A DNA stretch of 51,182 nt, counting the filler, from Jimgerdemannia flammicorona (Eukaryota), in NCBI GenBank assembly GCA_003990765.1. It is 2 parts of 2 records of this genome, joined end to end, with 100 filler letters (N's around TTAATTAATTAA, not from the genome) between each part and the next. Parts side by side here need not be neighbours in the genome. Positions count along the whole stretch, not along the records: positions 1 to 25,545 come from RBNJ01000820.1; positions 25,646 to 51,182 come from RBNJ01000821.1. The stretch is one strand, 5' to 3'. Position numbers and translations under genes: made by a program. The notes under the pieces are model-generated. The model was not told the origin of the DNA. It did no database searches and worked only from the letters and a program-made list of their open reading frames with translations. Shown in pieces: positions 23,001 to 34,796 of the stretch (within the stretch, counting starts at the first letter, position 1; each line of letters begins with the position of its first letter).

Positions 23001-25376
23001 GTATTGCTACAGAAAGCTCAATGCCATCACCAAGAAGAATAGGCAGCCCTTACCAAATATTCAAGAAATCCTTACCATCCTTGGAAGTAAAGCCAAATAC
23101 TACACTACTCTGGATCTGTTCTCTGGCTTTCATCAGATTGATCTCACTCAAGATACCAGTGAGAAATCAGCTTTCATCACATCTGACACTACCTATATCT
23201 ACCTGTGAATGTCATTTGGAATGTGCAATGCCCCAGTAAGTTTACAGTAAATGATGAATAGAGTTTTCAGCAATAAGATTGGAAAATAGCTCTTTGTCTA
23301 TATTGATGATGTGATCATCTTCAGCAATACTATATAATATGTCAATTACATACAGCTAGCTCTCATGAAGCTCAAGGAGCATGGCCTCTGCATCAAGCCC
23401 AAGAAATGCAAGTTTGCAGCTTAAGAAATTACCTATCTAGGACACCTCATCAACCAGACTGGAATCTACACAGACTCTATGAAGATTGAGGCTGTTGTAG
23501 CCTACCTGAGACCCAGAACAACCACAGAAGTCTATGCCTTCCTTGGACTGGCCAGCTACTACAGAAGATTCATCAAAGAATATTCCAACATTGCAGCACC
23601 TATCTACAAGCTACTGAAGAAGGAAACCAAATTCAAATGGACCAAGGAATGCCAAGAAACCTTCAATGAACTCAAGACCAGATTGACCTAAGCACCTATT
23701 CTCAGAAGACCAGATTGGAACCTAGAATTCATCCTGTAGACAGATGCAAGTACTATAGGACTTAGAGCAGTCCTAGCTCAGAAGAAAGATGGACATGAAT
23801 ATGGCATCTCCTATATAAGCTGAGATACCTGCAGAGCAGAACAGAACTATGAGTCATGCAAGCTTAAATACCTAATAGTAGTTTGGGCAGTAGACAAGTT
23901 CCACTACTACCTAGCCAGAGAACACTTCACTATTCAAACAGACTATTCCACTCTTGCCTGGCTATTCCACACTCTGAACTCTAAAGGAATATATACCAGA
24001 TGGATCTACAAACTGCAAGAGTATAACTGTACTGTCAAGTACTGCTTAGGAAGAACTAATACCAATGCTGATGCACTCTCAAGGATACCCCAAAACACTC
24101 CAAAACACCCCTATCAAGACTATTCAACATGAATAAGGAGTTATACTATGGATTAATCAGCTATCTTAGGCAGTAGAAGATGCCCAACCACCTCAAACCC
24201 TAGACAATCACCATCATCAACCAGACTTGGAAATAGTTTGAACTAGACAACACTATACTCAGAAAAGGAGGAAACCTAGTAATACTTGAACACAAGAAGT
24301 ATCAAGTAATAAAGGAAGTACATGAGCAAGGATATCTAGGAGGAACCAATACATACAATAAGGCAAGAAGAACTATATAGTGGCTCAAGATAGAAGAAGA
24401 CCTGCACCAATTTATCAAAGAGTGTGACAAGTGCCAAAAACAGAAACAAGATCAGTAAGACCAGGCACCCAGATCATTAAGAATTGAGCCTATCCCCTTC
24501 CACCACATTACAATGGATATCATTGAGCCACTACCAGTAACACTATCAGGAAACTGCTATATTATAGTTATTGTAGACCTCTTTACTAAATAGATAGAAG
24601 CAGGAGCATTACAAGAAGCCAATGCCCTCTCTATAGCTGACTTTCTGTACTGAGAAATCATCTGCCACTACAAGACACTGAAGCAAATTACAACAGACTA
24701 TGGCACAGAATTTGTCAATAGATTCTACAAGATAATGTATCAGAAATACAAGATCCAGCACATCAAGACCACCACATACCACCCTCAAGGAAATGGACAG
24801 ATAGAGAGAACCAAGAAGACCCTCAAGAACATCCTGACAAAGATCTCAGAGACATATGAGAATTGGGATAACTAACTCCTAACTGCCCTTTCTATCCTAT
24901 GAGATATACAATCACAGAGCACACACTTTACCCCAAGAGAACTGCTCTTCAGAGAAGAAGATTCTGATGGAACCTCAGCCACAAATCTAGATCTAACTTG
25001 GAGATGGGTTGATGCAGAAATCCAGAGACTACACCAAATCAGGAAGAAGGCTGAAGATTACATTATCAAGTCACAAGTGCTGATAAGAAATAATGCAGAA
25101 AAGAATCACAAGACCCTAGAACTCATTCAAATTGGAGAAAAGATCCTACTATATCAAAATATAGTAGAAGCCTCATAGTTGTGAAAACTGGAGCCCAAAA
25201 GAGAAGGACTCTTCTATGTACAAGATATCAAAGGAACTATCTTCTGGCATAGAAAAATCTCAGAGACTATACTGTCTACTATAGTTCATAGGAACAGACT
25301 TAAGAAGTATTATAAACCTATATAAGAGAAGCAAAATGTAATGACTGTCCATGAGGTTCTAGTCTGTAAATTATAA
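20019..25376 (+). pseudogene. gag-pol polyprotein pseudogene, copy A
   Basis: CFRCGEEGHYVKNC (CCHC), AIIDTGAGG (protease), dUTPase, SPWASPIVL and VYIDD (RT), TDAS and NTNADALSR (RNase H), integrase zinc finger and core, C-terminal VH(G)NRLKKY, stop at 25374-25376. Confidence 0.92.
22190..22615 (+). pseudogene. dUTPase domain between protease and RT (copy A)
   Basis: GMDLAS, KTRSSLA, SVEGGVIDSDYTGEI, DRIGQIL and RGEQGFG correspond to the five trimeric dUTPase motifs. Confidence 0.95.
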
Positions 25377-25380
25377 CAGT

Positions 25381-25545
25381 ATGTCCCATAACCAGCAGGC
25401 TATCTATCTGGACCATTCTCTAAGGGATATGGCACCAGCAACTACTCATCCATGAGACTTTCAAAGCCAGAGGAGTTCGAACTGTCAACTGATTGGTTAA
25501 GATCAGAATTAGGCCCTTGCTCTATATGAAGAGAGTGATCCTTCA
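25381..25545 (+). pseudogene. Start of post-integrase ORF3a (copy A), cut by the gap
   Basis: ATG 4 nt after the pol stop. Homologous to 34380-34796 of copy B. Confidence 0.45.
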
Positions 25546-25645
25546 NNNNNNNNNNNNNNNNNNNNNNNNNNNNNNNNNNNNNNNNNNNNTTAATTAATTA
25601 ANNNNNNNNNNNNNNNNNNNNNNNNNNNNNNNNNNNNNNNNNNNN
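25546..25645. other. Assembly gap with artificial TTAATTAATTAA six-frame-stop linker (25590-25601)
   Basis: A 100-nt N run with a centred palindromic linker. Confidence 0.95.
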
Positions 25646-25678
25646 AAAAAAAAGAGAAAACCATCGACTTTTGGTGAC

Positions 25679-27537
25679 ATGGCAAGTTAAGGTTTCTCTA
25701 GCTCTGAGCATTTGAAGAGAAGGAGACTAGGTCTGGGGATGCCCAAGAGCTTTGCAGCTGTTGTAGGGGCTGGTATAGCAGTAGGAGGGACTGGTGGTCA
25801 GGAGAGGACTGGTGGAGTAGAACTGTGGTTAGAGGCAGAAGGGTGGCAGTCAGACCCTTAAGGGTAGGGTAAGAGGGGTGTAGTGTTGACAGGAGGAGGG
25901 GTCAGGTGATGGGTCAGGTGATGGGTCAGGTGGCTGGAAAAGGACAGAGGTTGAGTGGTGTAATAAGGGGAACTGATTCTTTTATGGCTGGGCAGGTGGC
26001 TGGAGAGAGGACTGCTGGTGGTGTAGCTGTAGCTAGTATGATAATTACAAGTGTTTCAGGGACCAAGAGGAAGGTGACTCTAGTGGCTGGGATAGGCGAA
26101 TTGGTAGTGAGACTATTCTTTTACAAATCAGTATTAACGTGGACTGTTTCGGTAAATTTCTTGGAATTGTCAATGTCTGCTAGAGAGGTCCTGAGACTGG
26201 TAGAGGAGGAAGTGGTAGGGACAGAATCCCTGAAGTTCATCCCTTTGGCAGAGGCAGTGGAGATTGGATTTGTGGAGGAGGATGTGATGATAAAGGCACT
26301 GGAGAAAGAGATGGTGGTCAAAGGTATCAAGATTGGGATAGCAAGGTGTTTGAGGTGGAATCTGCAAGCTATTTGACTGGTGGTAGAGGGTTTGCCAACT
26401 CTAGGCAGACAGGAGACCAAGAAGATGGTGATGGAGGTGCTGAGTGGCTATGGAGAGATAGTGGACTTCAGATTCATGTTTTGGGAGGGTATCAAACTGA
26501 GGAATGGCAATTGCAAGGTGATGCTGTACCTGGAAGGCAAAGAGGCAACTGGCCTGGGAAGAGATTGGCTAGAAAGAATTCGAGTTGGAGGGCAGAAGTA
26601 CAAGGTGTAGAGGAGGAAAGGGGTGGAACAGGAGAAGAAAGAGTTGGTGATTGCTCTGGAGGAGAGGGAGGCTGCAAAGGAGTTGTGGAAGAGGAAGTGG
26701 GAGGAGTTTGCCAAGGATTGGGTCTGGATTCCAGCAGATGGCAAGCAGAAGAGGTAGAGGAAAGAGGATTGGGAACACCTGCAGGCAGCCCTTCAGGGGG
26801 CAGCAGTGGAAGAGAAGGCAAGAGTTGAGGTGGCTAAGAATCAGATGGAAGGTATGGAAGCAGTGGAGGTATCTTTCTCCCAGCTAGGTGGTGTGGAGAG
26901 CTCAGCATATACACCAGTGAGAGGAAAATGGGCAGATAAGGAAGAGATAGGTGAAGAAGGCTTTGAGGCAGAGGTCGAAGTGGTGCCAGAGAGACAGGTT
27001 GAGAACACCTGTATGACTGGGGTGGCAAATGTTCATTGGAAGTACCCTGAGGCTAGTGAGGTAGTATATTTGGAGAAGGTTGTGGAAGAGGATAAGCTGG
27101 TGGATGTGGCTTCGGATGTGTCAGTGGATAGAGAGCAATTGCAGGAGCTGAGTAGGACCCCTAGGCCATTGACCCCTGGGTCCCTGGTGATGACAGCGGA
27201 GAGTTGGTACCAGGCAGTACTTGAGGAACTTGCTGAGGAAGACATCAAGAAAGTGGATGTATTTCATAGATCTCAGGAGGCATGGGAGAGATTCCTTAAT
27301 ATTGCAATGCAGGGGCCTAAGCTGGTGATGGCAATGGTGGCAGCTCTTCTGGATGATAAAGGATATGATATTGATGAGAGCAGGATGGCGGACATCAGGA
27401 AGGTAGTAGCTGAAAGGGTGGATCTTTTCTGCAGCAGTGCGAATAGTGATCGAATCTGGAGGGCAATCTGTGAGGACCAGTGGGAGATCATTAGAGGAAA
27501 AGCAGAGAAAGTGGTGGTAGTCTCAGCTGAGCTTTAA
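25679..27537 (+). pseudogene. LINE ORF1 pseudogene
   Basis: Fragments 25906-26376, 26380-26610 and 26806-27537 share one frame and are homologous to ORF1 of LINE-b (CLRWNLQ / CLRWDPR). Confidence 0.75.
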
Positions 27538-27548
27538 ACATTTCTTTG

Positions 27549-30500
27549 ATGATGATGAACAGTTTACATATATTATCGATCAACATCAATGGATTGTAAG
27601 ATGGTGTTAAGAGGAGAAGACTGTTTTGATAGCTTAAAGTCAGAAGATATGATATTGTATTTCTTCAGGATGTTTGGGCATATGGAGAGGAGGACTATGA
27701 GATGTGGAGAAAAGAATGGTATGGCAGCACAGGTTGGAACAAGCAGGTGGGCATCCTGGTTGGTATTGGTAAAGGTGAGCTGGTGGAGATTGAGGTTTAT
27801 GGTGATAGATTGGTATGGGGAAGATTAAAGGGAGGGGCAGGGGATGGTCTAGCAGTAGGCTCAGTCTATCTCCCTATAGTTGGCAGAGAGCAAAAGCAAT
27901 GGGTTGAAGACTGGTGGGCTTGGGAAGGTCAGGAGGTGGTAGCATTGGACATTCTGAGGGGAGATTTCAATATAGTGCATGACCGAATACTTGACAGGTC
28001 AGATGGAGGGGCAGGAGTAGCAGTCTCTCCTGGACTATCTCAGTGGCTTCAGGTGGAGTGAGATATGGGCCTGGTGGATGGTGTCTGTCAGCATCAGGGA
28101 GATAAGTCAGGACCATTCACCTGGTGGCACCTAGTTGGAGACAAATTAGTCAGGACACAAATTGATTGAGTGCTAATAGCTGAGTGCTGGGGTAATGTGC
28201 TGGATGTTGCTGAGGTGCATTAGTACCCATGGTCAGATCATTGGGGAGTGGAGGTGTGTGGCAGATTCCAGGCAGTAGATGGTAGTGGTGGGTGCTGGCG
28301 TCTCAATGTGGCCTTACTCAGGAGGAAGGAGGAGAGAGATCAGTTTGTGGACATTGCATGACAGGAAGTAATGTAGTAGCAGAATGATGGGCAGCTAATA
28401 GCAGAATGGTGGGGTAAATTCAAATATTTGGCGGGAGCCTATTGGAGGGATGTTGGCAAAGTAGCTGGGAAGGAGCAGAAGGATAGAGTACAAAGGGTTG
28501 AAAAGGGACTGAGGTGGTGGCTGAAGTTAATGGAAGAGGGACACTTGTTTGGAGAGAAGTGCCGCCAGCTGGCAGTAGAGGTGGCAGAGCTACAGACTGA
28601 AATGAAGGTGGCTGAGGATAGGGCAGTAGATGGCCTACTCGCAAGATTATGGGTGAGATGGTTGGAGGAGGGTGAGAGACCAACTAAATATCTGTCTGGA
28701 ATCTTGAAGGCCAGGAGGGTGTGACACAGTTGGGCCTTGGTATTGTGTGAAGATGGAACAGAAGTCACAGGGATTGCTGAGATATTGGGAGAGGTCTCAG
28801 GTCAATGGCAGACTCTCTGGCAGAATGGAGGGGAGCATGAAGAGAATGTGGTACCTGGGGAGGATGATGGCAATTTGGTAGACACTTGGCCAGTAGCAGT
28901 GGTACCTGAGATAGGAGGAGCAGTGATGGGTGAAGTGTCTTTGGAGGAAGTTTTGGAGATATTGCAGAAGGTATAGGCTGGTTCTTCACCTGGGGAGGAT
29001 GGATTGCCCTGGGAATTCTGGAAGGAGTTCCAGGTGGAGTTTGGCAGCTGGTTGGTGGAGATGGCCAACTTTGTTCTGAAGGAGGGCAGCTGGATTGGCA
29101 ATGGTTCCTTGGGACTAGTTTCTCTCCTCTATAAGGAGAAAGGAGATTGGCGGGTGTGGTGGAATTGGCAGCCTATTATGCTGCTGAATGTGGATAGAAA
29201 GCTGGTCTCAAAGATTCTAGCAGAAAGAATGCAGCAGTATGTGGGCATGCTGGTTGGTGAAGAGCAGTGAGGTTTTGTCAAAGGAAGGCAGATCAGGGAT
29301 AGTACAGCTTGGGTACAGAATGTACCAGAAAGTTGTAGGAGCCAACAGATGGATGGTAGGATGGTCTTCCTGGATCAGGAGAAGGCCTATGACAGAGTGT
29401 AGTAGAACTACTTAGAGACTATTCTGAGGAAGGTTGGATTTGGAGCAGCAGAAGTAGAGAGATTGATGGGCTTGATACGGGGATACAGGGCAGCAGTTAT
29501 GATGAATGGATGGAGTGGCCCGGAGTTTGCTATGGGGCATGGTGTGCCACAGGGTAACCCTCTCTCTCCTCTCCTTTATATACTCTCTTTGGAGCCACTG
29601 CTGGCATGGCTGAAGGGACAACTCTCTGGATTGCAAATAGGCAGTGTAGTATGGAAACTGGGTGCATTTGCAGATGATATGGTGGTTGGGTTGGGTAGTA
29701 GGGAGGATGTGGACCTCTTGTAGGAAGGGGGTGGACAGTATGAGAGGCTAGCAGGAGTGAAACTGAATTGGGGCAAGTGTGAGACAATGGAACTTAGTAT
29801 TGGTCTGAGGGAACATGAACAATTTGGACATTTGGTGGCTACTGGAAGTGCCATTCGTTATCTTGGTATTTGGTTTTCAGTATATAGAACAGTCCTGCTG
29901 AAGGAGTGGTGGAGTGGCACAATTCAGAAGCTGGAAGGTGCATTGACTGGTTGGTCAGGGAGGAGTTTCTCCTTGATAGGCAGGATTGTGGTCTTGAACG
30001 TATATTGGCTGCCAAAGCTGTGGTATCTAGGATATTACTTGGACTTTCCTGATTGGGTAGTGCAGTGGCTGAAGAAGATTGTGGAAGGCTGGTTATGGCA
30101 TGGGAAGTGGCCACAAATTGGGTGGGATATACTGGTGATGCAGACAACTGATGGCGGTCTGGGGTTGGTGGACTTTAGGTGATGGCTGAAAGTACTTAGG
30201 AGCTGGTGGGGGTATTGATTGGCAGAGATAGGAGAAGGAGAATGGGGTAGGCTGGCAATGGACAATTGGAAGATTTGGTTCTGTCTATGTGGTGAGGTTT
30301 GAAAGGATATATGAGGTTTACTTCAGGTTGGAAATATCAGTCACCTGCGGTATAAGAGATTCTGGTGGGGCATGGTGGAGGCCTGGCTGGCCATGGGGTT
30401 GGTAGGGCTAGAATTGGCAGATGGTGAGGATCCTGAGCAGAGATGGTGGAGATTGGAGAACCTCTATATTGGTGGTCACAGTCTGAAGGAGTACTCACTG

Positions 30501-31162
30501 GTGGAGGCAATGGAGTGGATCAGGGCTGGCCCTCTAGAGAGGTGGCTGGCAGGTTGGCAGAAAGCAGGGGTGGGTGAAGGCTGGGAGTGGGGCCAAATCT
30601 AGAGATGGGGAGACACCTTACTTAAGGTAGTACCCCCTAAGTACTGGGTAGTGTGGTGGCACTTCTTGAGGAGAAATGTGATGTTGGGTTATCGGACAGG
30701 CTGGATGGAGGTGAATGGCTGTCAGGACTGTGAGTGGTATAGCGAGATAGATAGCGGGGTGGTCTAGTTACCAGAGCATGTTCTGGCAGCCTGCCTGGGT
30801 GTCGAAGAGTTCTGGAGATGCTTGGAAGATTACTGGCACACTGCTAACAGAAGGACTGGAGATCCTATCAGTCTGGTAGTCAAGTGCCAGCTAGTGGGGG
30901 AGATAGGAGATGTGTGGGGGAGCCTAGGTAGAGTCCTGGGGATCTGGTCCTGATGGTGGTACATTGGAGATGGGTGTTTGAGGGAGACCCATGGTTAGGG
31001 ATTGGTGAGTTGGTGGAGCAGTGGAAGGAGCTTCTTCAAGAGATGGTACAAGGGTGGTAGTATCAGGGGAGGCGGCTTCAGCCAGGGGCCTTGTGGAAGG
31101 TACAGGACATTATTCAGCAAAGCCGAGAGCACCTGGTGTTGGAGGAGCATGGGATCAGATAG
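27549..31162 (+). pseudogene. LINE ORF2 pseudogene (APE endonuclease, RT, C-terminal Cys/His region)
   Basis: SININGL, GDFN and WSDH (APE). PGEDGLP, W.PI.LLNVDRK, DQEKAYD, PQGNPLSPLLY and AFADD (non-LTR RT). Confidence 0.92.
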
Positions 31163-32874
31163 AAAGAAGGAGTTGGGTGACCAAACCTATATGTAAATAT
31201 TATATTGCTGTAGCCAGTGTGGTTAATTTCTTTGTAATTCTTGGAATAGTGTTTAGATAGTCGGAATAAAGAAGTCCAAGTGACTATAAAAAAAAAAAAA
31301 AAAAAAAAAAAAAGAGCGTCAGAACATGCAGCAAGGCTCTCCTATAGATATACACCCAACACTCACCTCATCGAATTCATCATAAGAGGGGGTCTGACCT
31401 TGAACCTTGGGTCTCATCTGAACTACCTGCTGAAAGTCACCCAGTGCCTTAGTAAAATAAGTCGTGAATTAAGTGTTTAGATTATATGATATATTAAGTA
31501 TCAAGTCTCAAATTATAATAAAAGTTTATCAGTAACTTTTATAAGATATTCTTTACTTTCTATGAGACAAAACTGAGTTTTCTCTCAGACAGAAGTCAAA
31601 CAGAGTATACTAATAGAACTCTTTTTTTTTTTTTTTATATAGTCTCTTAGACTCCTTTCTTTATTCTATCTATAATATATTACATCTAGCCCACTTCTAC
31701 CTGATCTCTCTAAGGGGTCCTCCCCCCCCCACCCCCTCTCTATTAAAGACTATTAAGTTTTTGATCATCTCTACCTACTTACTACTCTGTCTACAAATTT
31801 CTTCCACCAGCTAATAATAATATTTACTCTATAGATCTCATCCTATCTACCATCCTGTCAGCAAATTCTTCATCAATCTCTTTCATCTCAACAATCTCTC
31901 CTGCATATTTAGTCATTAGCTCTTTTCAAAAACAAAGAGCTAATATCCAGTCAGCTCTATCTATACAGTGTCACATAGTAGTTGCTGAGTCCTTCAAATA
32001 TGCTAGATTCTCTTCAAGATGTATCTCTTAGATTAACTCAAGTTTGTTATAAGCAAGTTCTTATTGGAGTATCTTCTCAAGGTCTTATAGTCCTCAAACT
32101 TCTTATCTTTAAACTGTCTTATTATCTTTTAGATTGCTTGCAAGGAAGTGTGCATATTGCACTGAGAGAAACTATATTATATACATTGTCATATAGTAGG
32201 TATTGAGTCCTTTAAATACATCAGATTCTCTTCAAGGTATATCTCTTAGACTAACTACAAGTTTGTTATAAACAAGTTCTTATTGGAGTGCCTTCCTAAG
32301 GTCTTATAGTCCTCAAACTTCTTATCTTTAAACTGTCTTATTATCTTTTAGATTGCTTACAAGGAAGTGTGTGTATTGTATTGAGAAGAACTATATTATA
32401 CACATTGTCATATAGTGGGTATTGAGTCCTTCAAATACATCAGATTCTCTTCAAGATATATCTCTTAGACTAACTACAAGTTTGTTATAAGCAAGTTCTT
32501 ATTGGAGTATCTTCTTAAGATTATATAGTCCTCAAACTTCTTATCTTTAAACTATCTTGTTATCTCTTAGATTGCTTACAAGGAATTGTATATATTGCAC
32601 TAAGAGGAACTAACTTTATTTTAGAGGAAATAAGAAGAGTATTTATACAAAATATAATTTAATAGTTGCTAAGATATAAAGCTAAATATAAATTTTAATA
32701 ATTAAAATAAAATGCCAGGACAGGAAAAACCACTAAGTTCCAGGATCGGCACTGATGGTTGTACAGGTTCAGGATACTGGTATAATTCAGTATTACATCA
32801 GAATGCTGGTACTAGCATAACTCAGTGTTATATCAGAATGCCAGTGCTGGCATAACTCAGTGTAACCAAGGAAC

Positions 32875-34380
32875 TTAGAGCAGAATATTCAAGATATAGA
32901 GACTTCATTCTCATCAGAGGTCAGGATGTCTTCAAAGGAGATGAGATCTGCAAACATCTCATCTGTCTGGTTGTCATCATTATATGTTTCACATACTTCA
33001 TGCATATCATGTGGGATGATGTCATCGCTGATGACATCATCATGTTCAGTGGCAGGGGCTCTTCAATCTATGAGGTTCTCTTCCACAAAATAGGGGACAA
33101 ATGTGGTGGGGTCTTGGGGAGGTCTAATCTGGATGCTTGGGCCTTGAAATACTGAGATCAATTCTTGTAGTGCTCTGAACAAGTCAATCCGGATGGGATT
33201 TGGATGGATTCAAATCCCATCTGGATCAACTTGGATGGGATTCGAATCCCATCTGGATGGATTCGAATCAACCATTGTTTTGATTTCCAAATTAGACAAT
33301 TAAATGTTTACATCAATACCTCGATGAATAATCATCCAAATTTGATAATATTGGTGTCATTTGAAAGCCCTTAATAAGGCCTTTCTAATGATACCAAGAA
33401 CATTAAAATCGGATTATGTGTTGCTGAGATATTAAGGAAAACGTTCCATTTGACGAAATTCCAAAATCGGCAAATTGAAGAATTTCCAAAATCGGCAATT
33501 CAGACGTTTTCCTTCATAACTCAGCAATGCATGATCCGATTTCAATGTTCTTGGTATCATTAGATAGGCCTTATTAAGGGCTTTCATATGACACTAAGAA
33601 CATCAAATTTGGATGATTATTCATCAAGTTATTGATGTAAACATTTAATTGTCTAATTTGGAAATCAAAACAATGATTGATTCGAATCCATCCTGATGGG
33701 ATTCAATCCGAATCAATCCAAATCCAATCTGGATTAAATTGACTCGTTAGGAGCACTACTTGCAGGAATTGGTCTGGGTTGTCCTGAAGGATGGGATGCC
33801 AGAAGTCTTCTACTTCATCACTATTGAGAGTGATAGTGGACTAGGCTTCTATAGCTACCCTGGTTTCTAGTGCATTGATATAGTGGGATGATAGATCTCT
33901 GAAATCTGAGACTCTAACATACTCCAAGTTGGAGATTGACTATGGTGTATGTCTGAAGATCTGATGGATCTTCTTAGCCATTCTTGCCTCACATAAATCT
34001 ATGAGAGTAACATCTTGTAGCTCATACTCCTGCCATATTTAGAGGTATTCAGTAGCAATGGTGATTCTTGTTTCCATTTTACGATAGTAGAGGATATAGT
34101 GATAAGAGTCAGCAGTACCCAGGTTGACACTAGGAGTCCTTTTTGAGCAGGTCCTCATGGCTCTTTTGATGTCTTAGAATATCCTTTTTTTGACTGAGAT
34201 ATCTTGGTAGTTCCTTGACCTTGAGGTTTGGCAAGCAGCAGGCATTTTGTTTGTGGTGAGTCTTTGAGCTATTTTGGAATTGGTGGTTCTTGTTAGTTGC
34301 TGCTACTGTAGTTCCTTGATTCTTCTTTTATATTCCTCAAGATACTCATACTATAGTCACAATGACTTATAATTGGTCAT
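32875..34380 (-). pseudogene. ORF3b copy in the 3' LTR (disrupted by the MITE and a ~50-bp deletion)
   Basis: Homologous to 18320-19300, with the same start context and the C-terminal LNILL-stop. Confidence 0.7.
33168..33758. mobile_element. 591-bp foldback MITE, termini TAGTGCTC...GAGCACTA, 4-bp TSD CTTG
   Basis: Long inverted arms (~270 bp) surround a ~60-bp centre. CTTG lies at 33164-33167 and 33759-33762. The element is absent from the paralogous LTR sites (~18985 and ~41470), where the motif occurs once. Confidence 0.92.
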
Positions 34381-34796
34381 TATTGCTCATCTCATATACC
34401 ATATGATCTTCTTGTGCTCTGATCTAGTAGCTTGTAAGGAAATACTGTCTCTTGTGCTGATATCATCATTCCAAGGTCACTATTATATCTTCCTCCTGAA
34501 TAAGGATTTTCTTGAGCATCCTTATTTATTGGTCTAATTCTGAAAAATTTACTAATCCCATAACCTCTGGCAAGGGGTTGAAAAGTGGTACTTATGGGCT
34601 GGTATCTTCTCTTTGTATTTTGATGTGATGGTGAAGGGTTGCTCCCTTCATATAGAGCAAGGGCCTGATTCTGATCTTGACTAATCAGTTGATAGTTCAA
34701 ACTCCTCTAGCTTTGAAAGTCTTACAGATGAGTAGTTGCTATTGCTGTATCCCTTAGAGAATGGTCCAGACAGATAGCCTGCTGGTCACAGGACAT
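34380..34796 (-). pseudogene. Post-integrase ORF3a (~138 codons) crossing the PPT into the 3' LTR
   Basis: ATG 4 nt after the pol stop. Includes ORF-track 34392-34700. Its stop overlaps the ORF3b start (TAATG, 34378-34382). An alternative overlapping frame also looks protein-like. Confidence 0.45.
34488..34497 (-). promoter_or_regulatory. Polypurine tract
   Basis: AGGAGGAAGA on the minus strand, immediately before the 3' LTR. Confidence 0.8.

Larger units (their letters stand above)
18213..25545 (+). mobile_element. Ty3/Gypsy LTR retrotransposon family 2, copy A (5' LTR-gag-PR-dUTPase-RT-RH-IN-ORF3a), truncated by the assembly gap
   Basis: Colinear with copy B (31969-42242) on the opposite strand. 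All domains are recognisable. Confidence 0.95.
25657..31313 (+). mobile_element. Full-length L1/Tx1-like LINE (LINE-a), decayed
   Basis: Two ORFs, 3' end AATAAAGAAGTCCAAGTGACTAT(A)26, and probable TSD (A)nGAG at 25646-25656 and just after the tail. Confidence 0.9.
31969..34487 (-). repeat. 3' LTR of copy B (contains the MITE and three copies of the terminal ~220-bp unit)
   Basis: Homologous to the other two LTRs. Terminal units begin at 31969, 32187 and 32406. Confidence 0.9.

Noticed and set aside
25590..25601. TTAATTAATTAA palindrome as a biological site
   Set aside because: It is centred in an N run and gives stops in all six frames, so it is a contig-joining linker.
26121..30265. Ser/Pro-rich antisense ORFs in the LINEs (also 43902-49561 plus)
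   Set aside because: They are shadow frames caused by the strong purine skew of the LINE sense strand.
31390..31420. tRNA or SINE B-box (GGTTCAAGGTC on the minus strand)
   Set aside because: No A-box or cloverleaf could be built around it.
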